Below, piece after piece: positions 39,925 through 49,267 of a stretch of 64,000 bases of DNA (positions are counted from its first letter, which is position 1; every line of letters starts with the position of its first letter). The DNA is from Candidatus Hydrogenedentota bacterium (GTDB taxonomy: Bacteria > Hydrogenedentota > Hydrogenedentia > Hydrogenedentales > SLHB01). The position numbers and the translations under genes are program-made. A model generated the notes under the pieces. The model was not told where the DNA came from. It worked only from the letters and a program-made list of their open reading frames with translations, and searched no databases. The stretch spans positions 1,408,001-1,472,000 of the forward strand of contig CAXXYE010000009.1 of the NCBI GenBank assembly GCA_963674865.2, given 5' to 3'.

Positions 39925-40640
39925 CAGGGCGTGCTCGCAAACCGCCGCACCTTGATCAGATCCGTCGTGGCTTGCGGACTGAGTGTCGCCAGGTACAGGC
40001 AGGTGTGGGCGATATCTTCAGGGGTCATCCAGCCGGACCTGTCGCGGTGCGGCATGGCCTCCCTGCTCAGTCTCGTTGGCACGCCACCGGGGCATACGGC
40101 GTGTACGGCGATGCCGTAATCGCGGAGCTCCATGGCGAGCACTTGGCTCAACATGTTCAGTCCGCTCTTTGATGCGCCATAGGCCCCCTGTTCGATGTAT
40201 GGCTTTAGGCCCGCCACGCTCGAGATGTTGATGATCCGGCCTGCGCGCCGCTCGATCATCGAGGGAAGCACGGCCTTAATGCAGCGGAAGGGGCCGGTGA
40301 GATTGATATCGAGCGTTTGCTGCCACTGTGCCGGGGAGAGGTCCTTGATAGGCTCGAAATGCGCGTAGCCGGCGTTATTCACCAAGATATCGATGTGTCC
40401 GAAGGCTTCCAAGGCGGTTCCGACGGTGTCCTCAACTTGCTCTTGCCTGGTCACGTCGCACGTCAACGCTAAGGCGTCTACGCCCAAGCCACGTACCTCC
40501 TGGGCCGTGGCCTCCACTTCCTCCGCCGTCCTCGCCACGGCGGCAATAGCGCACCCGTCCCGCGCAAACGCCAAGGCGATCCCTTTGCCAATACCGCGTC
40601 CAGCCCCGGTGATCAGGGCGACTTTTCCCTCTAAACGCAC
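39924..40640 (-). CDS. SDR family oxidoreductase
   Basis: TGAGRGIG, NNAG, ISS, YGASK. Confidence 0.93.
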   Translation of the reverse strand: MRLEGKVALITGAGRGIGKGIALAFARDGCAIAAVARTAEEVEATAQEVRGLGVDALALTCDVTRQEQVEDTVGTALEAFGHIDILVNNAGYAHFEPIKDLSPAQWQQTLDINLTGPFRCIKAVLPSMIERRAGRIINISSVAGLKPYIEQGAYGASKSGLNMLSQVLAMELRDYGIAVHAVCPGGVPTRLSREAMPHRDRSGWMTPEDIAHTCLYLATLSPQATTDLIKVRRFASTP

Positions 40641-40711
40641 AGAAACTCTCCTCTCATCTCGGATGTCGACGAATGGTGGTTAGGACGGGCCAGGAATAGA
40701 GATCTCATGAC

Positions 40712-41107
40712 CTAGCGGCCCAGCTCCGAGAAGAGGGCCGGGTCGCTTGAGCGCACCTGGGCCAGTATGTCGGTTGCTTTGTGTACGGCGTCTCTTGCCT
40801 CCTCCTCGGATACGTGGGAGGCTCCCCCGTAATCGCCCAACTCGCGCAAGGCCAACAGGAAATCGTATCGCCGGCCCATCGCCTCCGGCCATTCACGTGT
40901 CTTGACGAGATCTCGGTGGACGGCGGCCCGAAGCGCGGCGTGCTTAGTGAAAGAAACACCGCGACAGGCGAACAAGGCGGTTGTCGCATGGAACGCGGCA
41001 TAGTACGCGCGCGAAGCCGCGGAATCACTATCCACTGTCACGAGGGACTTTGCGGCTTCAAGAGACGCCACAGCCCGTTCCCATGCATCCAACGCAAACG
41101 CTCTCAC
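40712..41107 (-). CDS. HEPN-domain protein (toxin partner of MNT)
   Basis: AASRAYYAAFHA, KH, RELGDY; GTGA overlap with the MNT stop. Confidence 0.85.
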   Translation of the reverse strand: MRAFALDAWERAVASLEAAKSLVTVDSDSAASRAYYAAFHATTALFACRGVSFTKHAALRAAVHRDLVKTREWPEAMGRRYDFLLALRELGDYGGASHVSEEEARDAVHKATDILAQVRSSDPALFSELGR

Positions 41108-41418
41108 AGACGGATCCCATCCTTCTTTGCGTTTAGGAAGAGCGGACATTCGAAGGCTTCGTACTGCTTCTCATCGACGGGTGTGGCGCTGATGGGCTGG
41201 CCGAGTTCTAGGGATAACGGAAACAGGGCCTCAATGTTGGTTTCGAGATCGCGGCCCAGCGCCACGGGGCCCCGCAACAGGACCAACACGTCTATATCGC
41301 TGTCTTCGGCGGCTGAGCCCCGAGCGGCGGAGCCGAATAGCACGATGCCTCGGAGGCGCTCACCGTGCAGCCGCTCTAGTCGACGCTTGATCTCCTGTCC
41401 GATCCGCGGCGTGTTCAT
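41104..41418 (-). CDS. Minimal nucleotidyltransferase (MNT) antitoxin
   Basis: LFGSAARGSAAEDSDIDVLV (GS-x10-DxD), C-terminal KDGIRL. Confidence 0.9.
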   Translation of the reverse strand: MNTPRIGQEIKRRLERLHGERLRGIVLFGSAARGSAAEDSDIDVLVLLRGPVALGRDLETNIEALFPLSLELGQPISATPVDEKQYEAFECPLFLNAKKDGIRL

Positions 41419-41507
41419 CTCTTGCCTCCCGTCCATGGCCGGCGGCCGCTGCTACATCCTCCCCACCTCAAGACCATACGCCGTCGGCTTCCCCGTCGCA
41501 AGGCACC

Positions 41508-43058
41508 TCAGTCTTCACTAACAGGCTCAACAGGTGCAAGGCACCTGGCCGGCGGTGCCGAAGGAACGGGCCGGAGTTCCGGGAGGGCCTCGGATAACGT
41601 CGTGGCCATCGGTGTTTCGGCCAGGCCCGACAGCCTTTCGAGCAGTGGGCGGAAGGCCGCCTCCTGACGAAGGGGCGACGGTTCTCTTCCCGCCTCGCGC
41701 AGCGCGGAGACTACTTCACCCAGTGTTATCTTGGTGACACTCCGCCCCGGTTGATAGACGATTTCCTCACCGGCGCGCTGCGTGACGAGTCCCGTGTCCT
41801 CCAGCACCGCCAGCACCTCGTTGAGCGTTCGGGTGGGCACCTTCCACTCCTGAGCGAAGGCCATGGGAGAAAGCCCCGCGCCGCTCTCGTCGAATTGCCG
41901 GGCCATTACCAACATCGCCCACAGTCCCAAGGCCTCACGGTACGCGAAGCTCGCACCTTCCGCGAAGCGCTCCATCGCGAAGGTTGTCTCGTTTTGGTAG
42001 GCGAACGTGAGTTCCGCGCCGAAGAGCAGAATCACCCAACTCACAAAGAGCCACATGAGCAGGATCGGTATCTGGGCGAAGGTCTTGTACAACATGCTGT
42101 ACTGGGGAGAGTTAAAGGCGAAATGGAAGTACAGGGCCGAGGCGAACACCCACAATGTGCCTGCCACAACGCCGCCCAGCAGGGCGTATCGCGTGCGTAC
42201 ACGCGTGTTTGGCACGACGTAGTATATGGCGCTGAACGCGAGCCAGATAATGCCGTACTGCAGGCCGTTCAGAGTGAATGCAAGCGAGGACGGCAGCTCC
42301 TCCTTAAGGGTGACCTCGAGAACCACCTTCGCGCTCAACACCAATGCCACCAGGAACGGCAGTAAGAGAATCACCATGAGGTAATCGCTCAGGATACGAA
42401 GCCAACCGCGCGTGCGTTTGAGTCCCCAGATCGTGTTGAAAGATGACTCAATATTCATCATCAGGCCGAAGACCGTCACGATTACGAAGACGAGCGCCGT
42501 GGCCGAACGCCCCGCCAGGCTATCCGCGCCCTCCTGCGCGTACTTGACAATCTCCTCGATGGGATTAGTGAGTCCCGTTCCGTCCTCCGCCGTCTCTCGT
42601 GCGGCAAGCTGCCGGAAGACGAGGTCCATCAACTCCCGGATGAAGTCCTTGTGCTCGGCCTGCGTCTCCGTATCCACGATGCCGCCGACAGGCCGGGATG
42701 TATCCGTGCTGAGGTCCCCGGGCGTCGCCGGCGTCTTCGCGGACATTCGCATCTCGCTGACGCGCTCGTAGATGGCATCGTAAACCTTCTCGTCGACTTT
42801 GAAGGCCTGCATGACGTAGAAGAAGATCGCGAGAAACGGCACGATGCCCAGCAGCGTGGCGAACGTCAACGCCGAGGCGCGGAGCAAGAGCGTGTCCTTG
42901 ACGAGTCCATGGACGAGTAGGATGGCGACCCGCACCTGCTTGATGACAAAACTGTGCGGAAGCTCCTCCCCCGGACGCCCCAGGTGCCACACATCGTGCG
43001 TGGCGAACCGCCGACCGCGCTCCAGCCCGTGGAACAACCGCTGTAGCCAACGCTTCAT
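41508..43058 (-). CDS. YihY/BrkB family membrane protein with C-terminal HTH
   Basis: RASALTFATLL.IVP, IESSFNTIW, VPNTRV, WVILLFGAE. Confidence 0.88.
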   Translation of the reverse strand: MKRWLQRLFHGLERGRRFATHDVWHLGRPGEELPHSFVIKQVRVAILLVHGLVKDTLLLRASALTFATLLGIVPFLAIFFYVMQAFKVDEKVYDAIYERVSEMRMSAKTPATPGDLSTDTSRPVGGIVDTETQAEHKDFIRELMDLVFRQLAARETAEDGTGLTNPIEEIVKYAQEGADSLAGRSATALVFVIVTVFGLMMNIESSFNTIWGLKRTRGWLRILSDYLMVILLLPFLVALVLSAKVVLEVTLKEELPSSLAFTLNGLQYGIIWLAFSAIYYVVPNTRVRTRYALLGGVVAGTLWVFASALYFHFAFNSPQYSMLYKTFAQIPILLMWLFVSWVILLFGAELTFAYQNETTFAMERFAEGASFAYREALGLWAMLVMARQFDESGAGLSPMAFAQEWKVPTRTLNEVLAVLEDTGLVTQRAGEEIVYQPGRSVTKITLGEVVSALREAGREPSPLRQEAAFRPLLERLSGLAETPMATTLSEALPELRPVPSAPPARCLAPVEPVSED

Positions 43059-43097
43059 GCCGTTATGCTACACAGCGGCAGGCTTTGGGACAAGTAG

Positions 43098-44597
43098 TTA
43101 CGATCTGTCGCCGGAATGTATCCGGACGGGCGTGCCTATCGGGCAGAGCCGGAACACGACCTCGGCGTCGGCTGGAGTCATCCGGATACAGCCGCGACTC
43201 TTTGGCTGGCCGATGGAGTCGGGGGCGGGTGTCGGATGGATGCCATACGAGGTGGCGCTTGTCCCGCGTCCGAGTCCCAACCACCGCCGGCCCAGCGGAT
43301 TCGCCGGGTCACCCGCCTCGACGACCTCGCCGCGGTTATACCAGTCCGGATCCGTGATCTTATTGACGATCTCGTAGTCCCCTTCCGGCGTCGCGTCATT
43401 TCTCCCAAGGCCGACCGGGAAGCGGCGGAGAATCTGCCCGGCCTTGAAAACCGTCATGACATAATCGGACTTGTCCACCTCAATCCGAAGCTCCGAAGCA
43501 TTGCCTTGCGCGTTCAGCGCGGCCTCGATGTCCAATGCCTCGCTCATGAGCGGGGCGTCGACTAAGGTGAGGTCGCGCCTGAAGAGCCGCGCCTGCATCT
43601 CGCGAGCCAACGCCGCCCACGGGCGGGGAATGGCCTCAATGCGTTCCATGGCCAGGTCCATCTCCGCCATCGCCGTGTCCATCTCCGCCGCGCCGGCCGC
43701 GGCCTGTGCACGGCCCACCCGTGCCAGGAAGCGCTCCACCTCATTGGAGTCCGGATGAGCCAAGACCTCTTCGAATTGATCATTCGCTTCGGGCGTCTGC
43801 CCGGAAGCGAGGTGAACCTGTGCGCTGCTTAGGAGGTCGCTCGGCGCTTTGCCTGGTGGGCGACCCCGGCTGGCATGTCCAGGCGCTCCAGGCATGCCCG
43901 TGCTCGCTTCCGGCGGCTTGACGCCCGTGCTGGGATCGACCTCGCCTGGTATGCCTGTGGGACGCGCGGCGACCGCTGGAGTCCTTGGCGGCGACTGGGG
44001 CCTTGGATACACCAGCAAGAGCAGCACGATGCCGATGAGAGCGATGAGGAGACACGCTAGAGCCACGCGGCGTCGCCTTCGTCGTCCGCTGGCGGCCTTC
44101 TGGAATCTCACCTCGCGGGGAGTATCCGAGAATGCATCAGGCGAGAACGCAACAGCTACCGTCCCGTCTTCTCCCAAACGGCGGATGCCGTGCTTCACGC
44201 TTTCCACGAGGTGTGCGGCGGATTGCGAAGACAGCGACACGGACTGTCCGTGTCCGGTGTCCGCCATGACACGCATCGCCACTCCCATGGCGTACTCGCC
44301 ATGGCCCGTCGGGAGAACCCACTTCACTTCGCCCCGGACGAATACGACCTCGCCCTGAGGGCCCTGCTTCTTAGGCTGAATCTCGATATGAATGGGCGTG
44401 CCCACGGACTCCGGCCGGCGAGTGGCGATTCGCAGCCCCCCGCTACTGATGTCGACTGCCGTGCCCCGGCGCAAGAGACTTCCCGCGCGCGACGCCGAAA
44501 AAAGAAGGTGCCGAAGCGTGCTCGCCCGCACACGCGAACGCCGTTCGGCGGCCTGCAGCTCGCAGCCGGTGTCTATATGCCGCCCGTCGCCTATCAT
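43098..44597 (-). CDS. PilZ - TM - TPR-like - L,D-transpeptidase (YkuD) fusion protein
   Basis: ERRSRVR (RxxxR), DISSGG (DxSxxG), GEVKWV; TM after RRRRRR; FPVGLG..TPEG, NPLGRRWLGL, YGIHPT...SRGCIRM. Confidence 0.85.
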   Translation of the reverse strand: MIGDGRHIDTGCELQAAERRSRVRASTLRHLLFSASRAGSLLRRGTAVDISSGGLRIATRRPESVGTPIHIEIQPKKQGPQGEVVFVRGEVKWVLPTGHGEYAMGVAMRVMADTGHGQSVSLSSQSAAHLVESVKHGIRRLGEDGTVAVAFSPDAFSDTPREVRFQKAASGRRRRRRVALACLLIALIGIVLLLLVYPRPQSPPRTPAVAARPTGIPGEVDPSTGVKPPEASTGMPGAPGHASRGRPPGKAPSDLLSSAQVHLASGQTPEANDQFEEVLAHPDSNEVERFLARVGRAQAAAGAAEMDTAMAEMDLAMERIEAIPRPWAALAREMQARLFRRDLTLVDAPLMSEALDIEAALNAQGNASELRIEVDKSDYVMTVFKAGQILRRFPVGLGRNDATPEGDYEIVNKITDPDWYNRGEVVEAGDPANPLGRRWLGLGRGTSATSYGIHPTPAPDSIGQPKSRGCIRMTPADAEVVFRLCPIGTPVRIHSGDRS

Positions 44598-44877
44598 CCA
44601 ATCACGGCCCTATCCCGCACCTCGAGGGCCCTCTGCGCCTTGGCCTTTGCACCCACAGTGGCTCACGCATGTTCGCTCGCCGAATCTACATTCCGAATTG
44701 TACCACACGAGATAGACCCCGGTGGCGGGATTGTCAATTGCGCCGCGCGTCAAGTGATTGGATGCGAATGCACTAGCGAAACCGACTGCCTCACCAGTTT
44801 GGTGCGCCGATCTCGAGAGACGGGGGCCTTTCAAAGCACCGGGTGCGTGGCGGGTCGAGTTGCCCGGCGATACGAAA

Positions 44878-44906
44878 TAGACACGGTAGGGGCCATAGGG
44901 TAGAAT
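44878..44906 (+). promoter_or_regulatory. Sigma70-type promoter TAGACA-N17-TAGAAT for the tRNA
   Basis: Boxes at 44878-44883 and 44901-44906, 36 nt upstream of the tRNA. Confidence 0.55.
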
Positions 44907-44942
44907 GAGCCTCAATCGGCTCCGCACGCCTCAGTTCCCTGC

Positions 44943-45026
44943 GGAGGGTTAGGATAATTGGTAATCCACCGGTCTTGAAAACCGGCGCCTTCGGGCTTGT
45001 GGGTTCGAGTCCCACACCCTCCGCCA
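44943..45026 (+). tRNA. tRNA-Ser(TGA)
   Basis: Acceptor GGAGGGT/ACCCTCC, D-stem GGAT/ATCC, anticodon arm CCGGT-CTTGAAA-ACCGG, variable arm GCC-TTCG-GGC, T-arm GTGGG-TTCGAGT-CCCAC, G73, encoded CCA. Confidence 0.95.
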
Positions 45027-45260
45027 TTTTCTCTCTCAGGGGCTCTGTAACTCCTTACGCAACAACCTCTTTGCCATTGTGGCGAGCGCGATCTGCAGCG
45101 CTAAGGCCGAGTCGGGATCTGGGCAAGAGCGGCCATTTCCCGCAACTCGCACTTGGAATCCTTTGCGCCGAAGCCGCAACTGGCTTTCGGGGCGTGTAGA
45201 TCATCGCTCAGGATTGTGCCATTTTTCGCGGGAGAGCCGCTCGTCTTTTGGGCAGGCCGT

Positions 45261-45920
45261 CTACTGCCGCTGGAGGAGTATCGCGTAAGACTCGTGGGTG
45301 TCGGCGACGGCGTCCTGGGCACGCCACTTCAGCGAGAAGCCGCCGGACGCGAAGGCTGCGGTTATCTCGGCCTCGCTCTTGAAGGTCCGGGCGCCTGCAA
45401 TGGTATCCGCCAAATGGGGAAACCGCTGCGAGAAGATCGGTTGCGGAAGACAGACATCGTCGATGATCAAGATCTTCCCGGTGTCGCCCAGAGCTTTGTC
45501 GAGTAGGTTGACCACAGCCTCGAGTTCGAACCAGCAGATGCCGTATACAACCGCGGCGAGGTCGAACGCGCCAAGATATTGCTCTGCGTCAAGCTGCTCC
45601 AGATCTGCCTGAACGAAAGCGGCGCGCAGGTCGTTTCGCAGTCGTGCCCGCGCAATTCCCAGCATTTCCTGAGAGATGTCTACGGCAACAACGTTGCTGC
45701 GTGGCAGTTCGTTAAGGAGGATCTCCGTTGCGAAACCGGTACCGCAGGCCAGTTCGAGCACACGGCGCACACTGCCCACGAATGCCAGCGCGCGCCGCAG
45801 AAGCTGGCTTGCCGTCACGGTATGTCCCGTCACCTCCATGTGTTGGTCGTAGCGCGCCGCCATTGCGTCAAATACACTGGCGTGCGGATCAGGCTGCCGG
45901 TCCTGCTCCTCGCTCATCAC
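45261..45920 (-). CDS. Class I SAM-dependent methyltransferase
   Basis: FDAMAARYD, VLELACGTG, AVDISQEML. Confidence 0.88.
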   Translation of the reverse strand: MMSEEQDRQPDPHASVFDAMAARYDQHMEVTGHTVTASQLLRRALAFVGSVRRVLELACGTGFATEILLNELPRSNVVAVDISQEMLGIARARLRNDLRAAFVQADLEQLDAEQYLGAFDLAAVVYGICWFELEAVVNLLDKALGDTGKILIIDDVCLPQPIFSQRFPHLADTIAGARTFKSEAEITAAFASGGFSLKWRAQDAVADTHESYAILLQRQ

Positions 45921-46249
45921 TTCGTCCCCCGTATTGTCAACAAAGAGGTGTTCACCCGTTCACGATACTCGTCCCCCTGGGCGGGCTCTAACACCCACAT
46001 AGCATATCATGCGGCCGGCGGCGAGTGGGCCAGGATGATGCAATGGCGCCTGGCCTGGGTGGGCCCTCGACAGGTGAGCTGCGCGACGTGTCCTCGCTGC
46101 TTTGATTGACGAGAACGCATAGCTCAGATAACATGGACTCACGCGGTGCATGTGCATAAGCTGCCGCTGCCGCAGTGAGTTAGAGCGAATCCGTTTCGTG
46201 TTGCCTGTAACCGGAGGCCTGCTGGCCGCCGGGTGATACTAGGGGGGAA

Positions 46250-49219
46250 ATGGTGAACAAGTACCTGTCTCGCCTGGGGCGGCATCCGCTGCACGCGCAC
46301 ATCGCGACGATTTTCATTCTCCTGATCGCCCTCGTAGGTGTCGTACTGGGCTGGTTCAACTACCGCCAGAACACGCGGGTCATTCTGTCGGCGTCGTCCC
46401 AGGTGTTCAGCCAGATCTCGCGCGAGCTTCTACTGGACTTCCAAGGCACGTACCGGCCGGTGGTCAGTACCGTGAATTTGCTGTCACAGGACGACCGCGT
46501 TAGCGGCGCGGGCAACCTGGATGCGCGTTTGGCGCTGCTTCCGGTGTTTCGTGAAGCCTTGGCCAACCAGCCACATGTTTCTGCTTTGCAGGTGGGCTAC
46601 GCCAATGGCGACTTCTTCATCGTGCGCCCTCTGAATTCGGCCTATATGCGGGAGAGGTTTGAGAGCCCCGACAAGGCGGCGCTGGTGGTGGATAACATCG
46701 CCGCGGACAAGAACGGCGAACGCACTCAAGAGAGATTGTACTTCGACGCCGACCTCAACGGCCTTGTCGGCCGCTCGCTCGGCGTCACTCCCTATGATCC
46801 ACGCGTCCGGCCTTGGTATGAGGCCGCCGTGGGGCGCAATCAAGAAGCCGCGACGGAGCCCTACCTATACTATTTCATCGGCAAGGTTGGGATTACCGTG
46901 GGCCGCCAATCTCCGGACGGCCAAGCGGTCGTCGCCTCGGACATTACACTCGAGCATCTCTCCGAAACCTTGGCGCGGCAAAGGCTGTCCTCTTCGGCCG
47001 AGGCCGTGCTCTTCGATGAGCGCGGGCGGGCCCTTGCGTATCGCGACGCCGGCCGACTCGTGCTGAAATCGGACACTACGGACACGCAGTTGGCGACGGT
47101 GGGCGGCCTGGGCAGCCCCGTGCTGTCGGCCCTGGCCCCTCAACTCAGGCCTGAGCAAACAGCGCTTTCCTTCGCGTTCGATGGCCGGAAATGGCGGGGA
47201 GCGGTTCGCCGGATTGAGGTAACGTATGACGTTGTGTTCTTTGTGGCAATTGCCGCACCCGAAGAGGAATTGCTCGCGGACGCGCTCCGGATTCGGCGGC
47301 AGTCCACTTGGATCACGGTGGCGATTCTGCTGGCAGCCCTGCCACTGGCCTGGCTGCTGGCCAACCAGATTGCGCGCCCGCTGCGCAGGCTTACCACGCA
47401 AACGGATCAGATTCGCCACTTCGATTTCGCCGGCCCTGTGACGACAAGCTCATTGGTTCTTGAGATCTACGAACTCGCCGAATCAATCGATGCTATGAAG
47501 AGCACGATAAGGAAGTTTCTCGATCTGACTTCATCGGTGGCTGGCGAGCGCCATTTCGACGGCCTCCTACAGAAAATCACGGAGGAGGCCATGCATTTGA
47601 GCCGAGCCGACGCGGCCGTGCTCTATCTCGTGAATGACGATGCTTCCGAACTCGAACCTGCTTGCGTGCGCGGGGGGAGCGACGTGTCGGAGAAGACCGT
47701 TTCCTCACTTCCTCGCATGGCTCTTCGAGGTGACGGGCCGCGGGGGCCGTTGGCGGAGTGCGTGCGGACGGGCCGCACGATAACCTTGACGGCCTCGCCC
47801 ACGAGTGACGCCAAAGAGGAGGACGGTGTGAGGCCGCTGGCCTCGCTTCTTGACACGGAGATGGCCTGCCTTGTGGCGATTCCACTCCGTGATCGCGATG
47901 GGCACGTGAGCGGCACCTTGGGCCTGGCTTTTGACACGCCGCCAACCCGCGAGGGACTCGCGATCGAACAAGAGCGCATTGCTTTCATCGAAGCGTTCTC
48001 GGGTTTTGCCGTGCTATCGATTGAAAGCCAGCGTCTGCTCAAGATGCAGAAGGCGTTGCTTGATGCATTCATCAGACTGATGGCCGGCGCTATCGACGCC
48101 AAATCGCCCTACACGGGCCGCCACTGTCAACGCGTCCCCGCTTTGACTCAGATGATTGCCCAGGCGGCCTGCACGGCCAACGCTCCCGCGTTTCGCGATT
48201 TCGCTCTCGACGATGAGGGATGGGAGGCGTTGCATATCGCGTGCTGGCTGCACGATTGCGGAAAGGTGACCACCCCGGAGTATGTGGTGGACAAGGCGAC
48301 GAAGCTCGAAACCATTCATAATCGGTTACACGAGATCCGCACGCGATTCGAGGTGCTGCGACGGGACGCGACTATCCGCTATTGGGAGCTACTGGCCAAA
48401 GGAGGCGCAGAGGCCGAGTTGCGAGTGGAATTGGAGCGCGAGCACCAACGGCTGGACGAGGAGTTCGCATTCATCGCGAGCTGCAACGAAGGCAAGGAGT
48501 CTATCTCCTCCGAGCAGTTGGAGCGGCTACGCCAGATAGCGGAAAGAACATGGGTGCGCACGTTCGACGACGGCGTCGGCTTGTCCATCGAGGAATCTCA
48601 GCGCAAGGCCCAGGGCACTCCGCATCCCGCGCCGGTTGCGGAACAGTTGTTGCGGGATGTGTCCGAGCACTTGATTCATCGCAAGCCTGAGGAGTGCATT
48701 GCCCCGGATAATCCCTGGGGTTTCAAGCTCGACACCCCCGAGTACAGCTACAACCGCGGCGAACTGCACAATCTGTCCGTGAGCAGGGGAACCTTGACAC
48801 CGGAAGAGCGCTACAGAATCGACAATCACATTGTACAAACCATCATCATGCTGAGTAGCCTGCCGTGGCCTAGGCACTTGCGCAAGGTGCCTGATATTGC
48901 CGGTGGCCACCATGAGAAGCCGGACGGCACCGGGCATCCACGACGCCTCGCCAAGGAGGAGCTGCCTCTTGAGGCGCGGATGATGGCCGTGGCGGATATC
49001 TTCGAGGCCCTCACCGCCCCGGACCGCCCCTACAAGAAGCCCAAGCCGTTAAGTGAAGCCTTGGACATCATGCGGGCCATGGCGGAACGCGATCATATCG
49101 ACCCCGACGTGTTCGATCTCTTCGTGCGGTCGGGCGTCTGTGGGGAATACGCTCAACAGTACCTAGATCCGCGTCAAATCGACGTGATGGTTGAGGAGTA
49201 CGTGGCCGCCTGGGACTAG
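46250..49219 (+). CDS. Membrane sensor (Cache-HAMP-GAF) HD-GYP cyclic-dinucleotide phosphodiesterase
   Basis: Two TMs, YDPRVRPWY, IARPL..L HAMP, DAKSPYTGRHCQRV, LHDCGK, HHEKPDGTGHP, ADIFEALTAPDRPYK. Confidence 0.9.
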   Translation: MVNKYLSRLGRHPLHAHIATIFILLIALVGVVLGWFNYRQNTRVILSASSQVFSQISRELLLDFQGTYRPVVSTVNLLSQDDRVSGAGNLDARLALLPVFREALANQPHVSALQVGYANGDFFIVRPLNSAYMRERFESPDKAALVVDNIAADKNGERTQERLYFDADLNGLVGRSLGVTPYDPRVRPWYEAAVGRNQEAATEPYLYYFIGKVGITVGRQSPDGQAVVASDITLEHLSETLARQRLSSSAEAVLFDERGRALAYRDAGRLVLKSDTTDTQLATVGGLGSPVLSALAPQLRPEQTALSFAFDGRKWRGAVRRIEVTYDVVFFVAIAAPEEELLADALRIRRQSTWITVAILLAALPLAWLLANQIARPLRRLTTQTDQIRHFDFAGPVTTSSLVLEIYELAESIDAMKSTIRKFLDLTSSVAGERHFDGLLQKITEEAMHLSRADAAVLYLVNDDASELEPACVRGGSDVSEKTVSSLPRMALRGDGPRGPLAECVRTGRTITLTASPTSDAKEEDGVRPLASLLDTEMACLVAIPLRDRDGHVSGTLGLAFDTPPTREGLAIEQERIAFIEAFSGFAVLSIESQRLLKMQKALLDAFIRLMAGAIDAKSPYTGRHCQRVPALTQMIAQAACTANAPAFRDFALDDEGWEALHIACWLHDCGKVTTPEYVVDKATKLETIHNRLHEIRTRFEVLRRDATIRYWELLAKGGAEAELRVELEREHQRLDEEFAFIASCNEGKESISSEQLERLRQIAERTWVRTFDDGVGLSIEESQRKAQGTPHPAPVAEQLLRDVSEHLIHRKPEECIAPDNPWGFKLDTPEYSYNRGELHNLSVSRGTLTPEERYRIDNHIVQTIIMLSSLPWPRHLRKVPDIAGGHHEKPDGTGHPRRLAKEELPLEARMMAVADIFEALTAPDRPYKKPKPLSEALDIMRAMAERDHIDPDVFDLFVRSGVCGEYAQQYLDPRQIDVMVEEYVAAWD

Positions 49220-49267
49220 GCCATGGGGACTTGCAGGGGGACGGGGCAGCGTGAGGAGGGGCAAGCG

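Noticed and set aside
44943..45026. Selenocysteine or suppressor tRNA because TGA appears in the loop
   Set aside because: TGA is the anticodon (reads UCA, Ser); tRNA-Sec needs a TCA anticodon and longer arms
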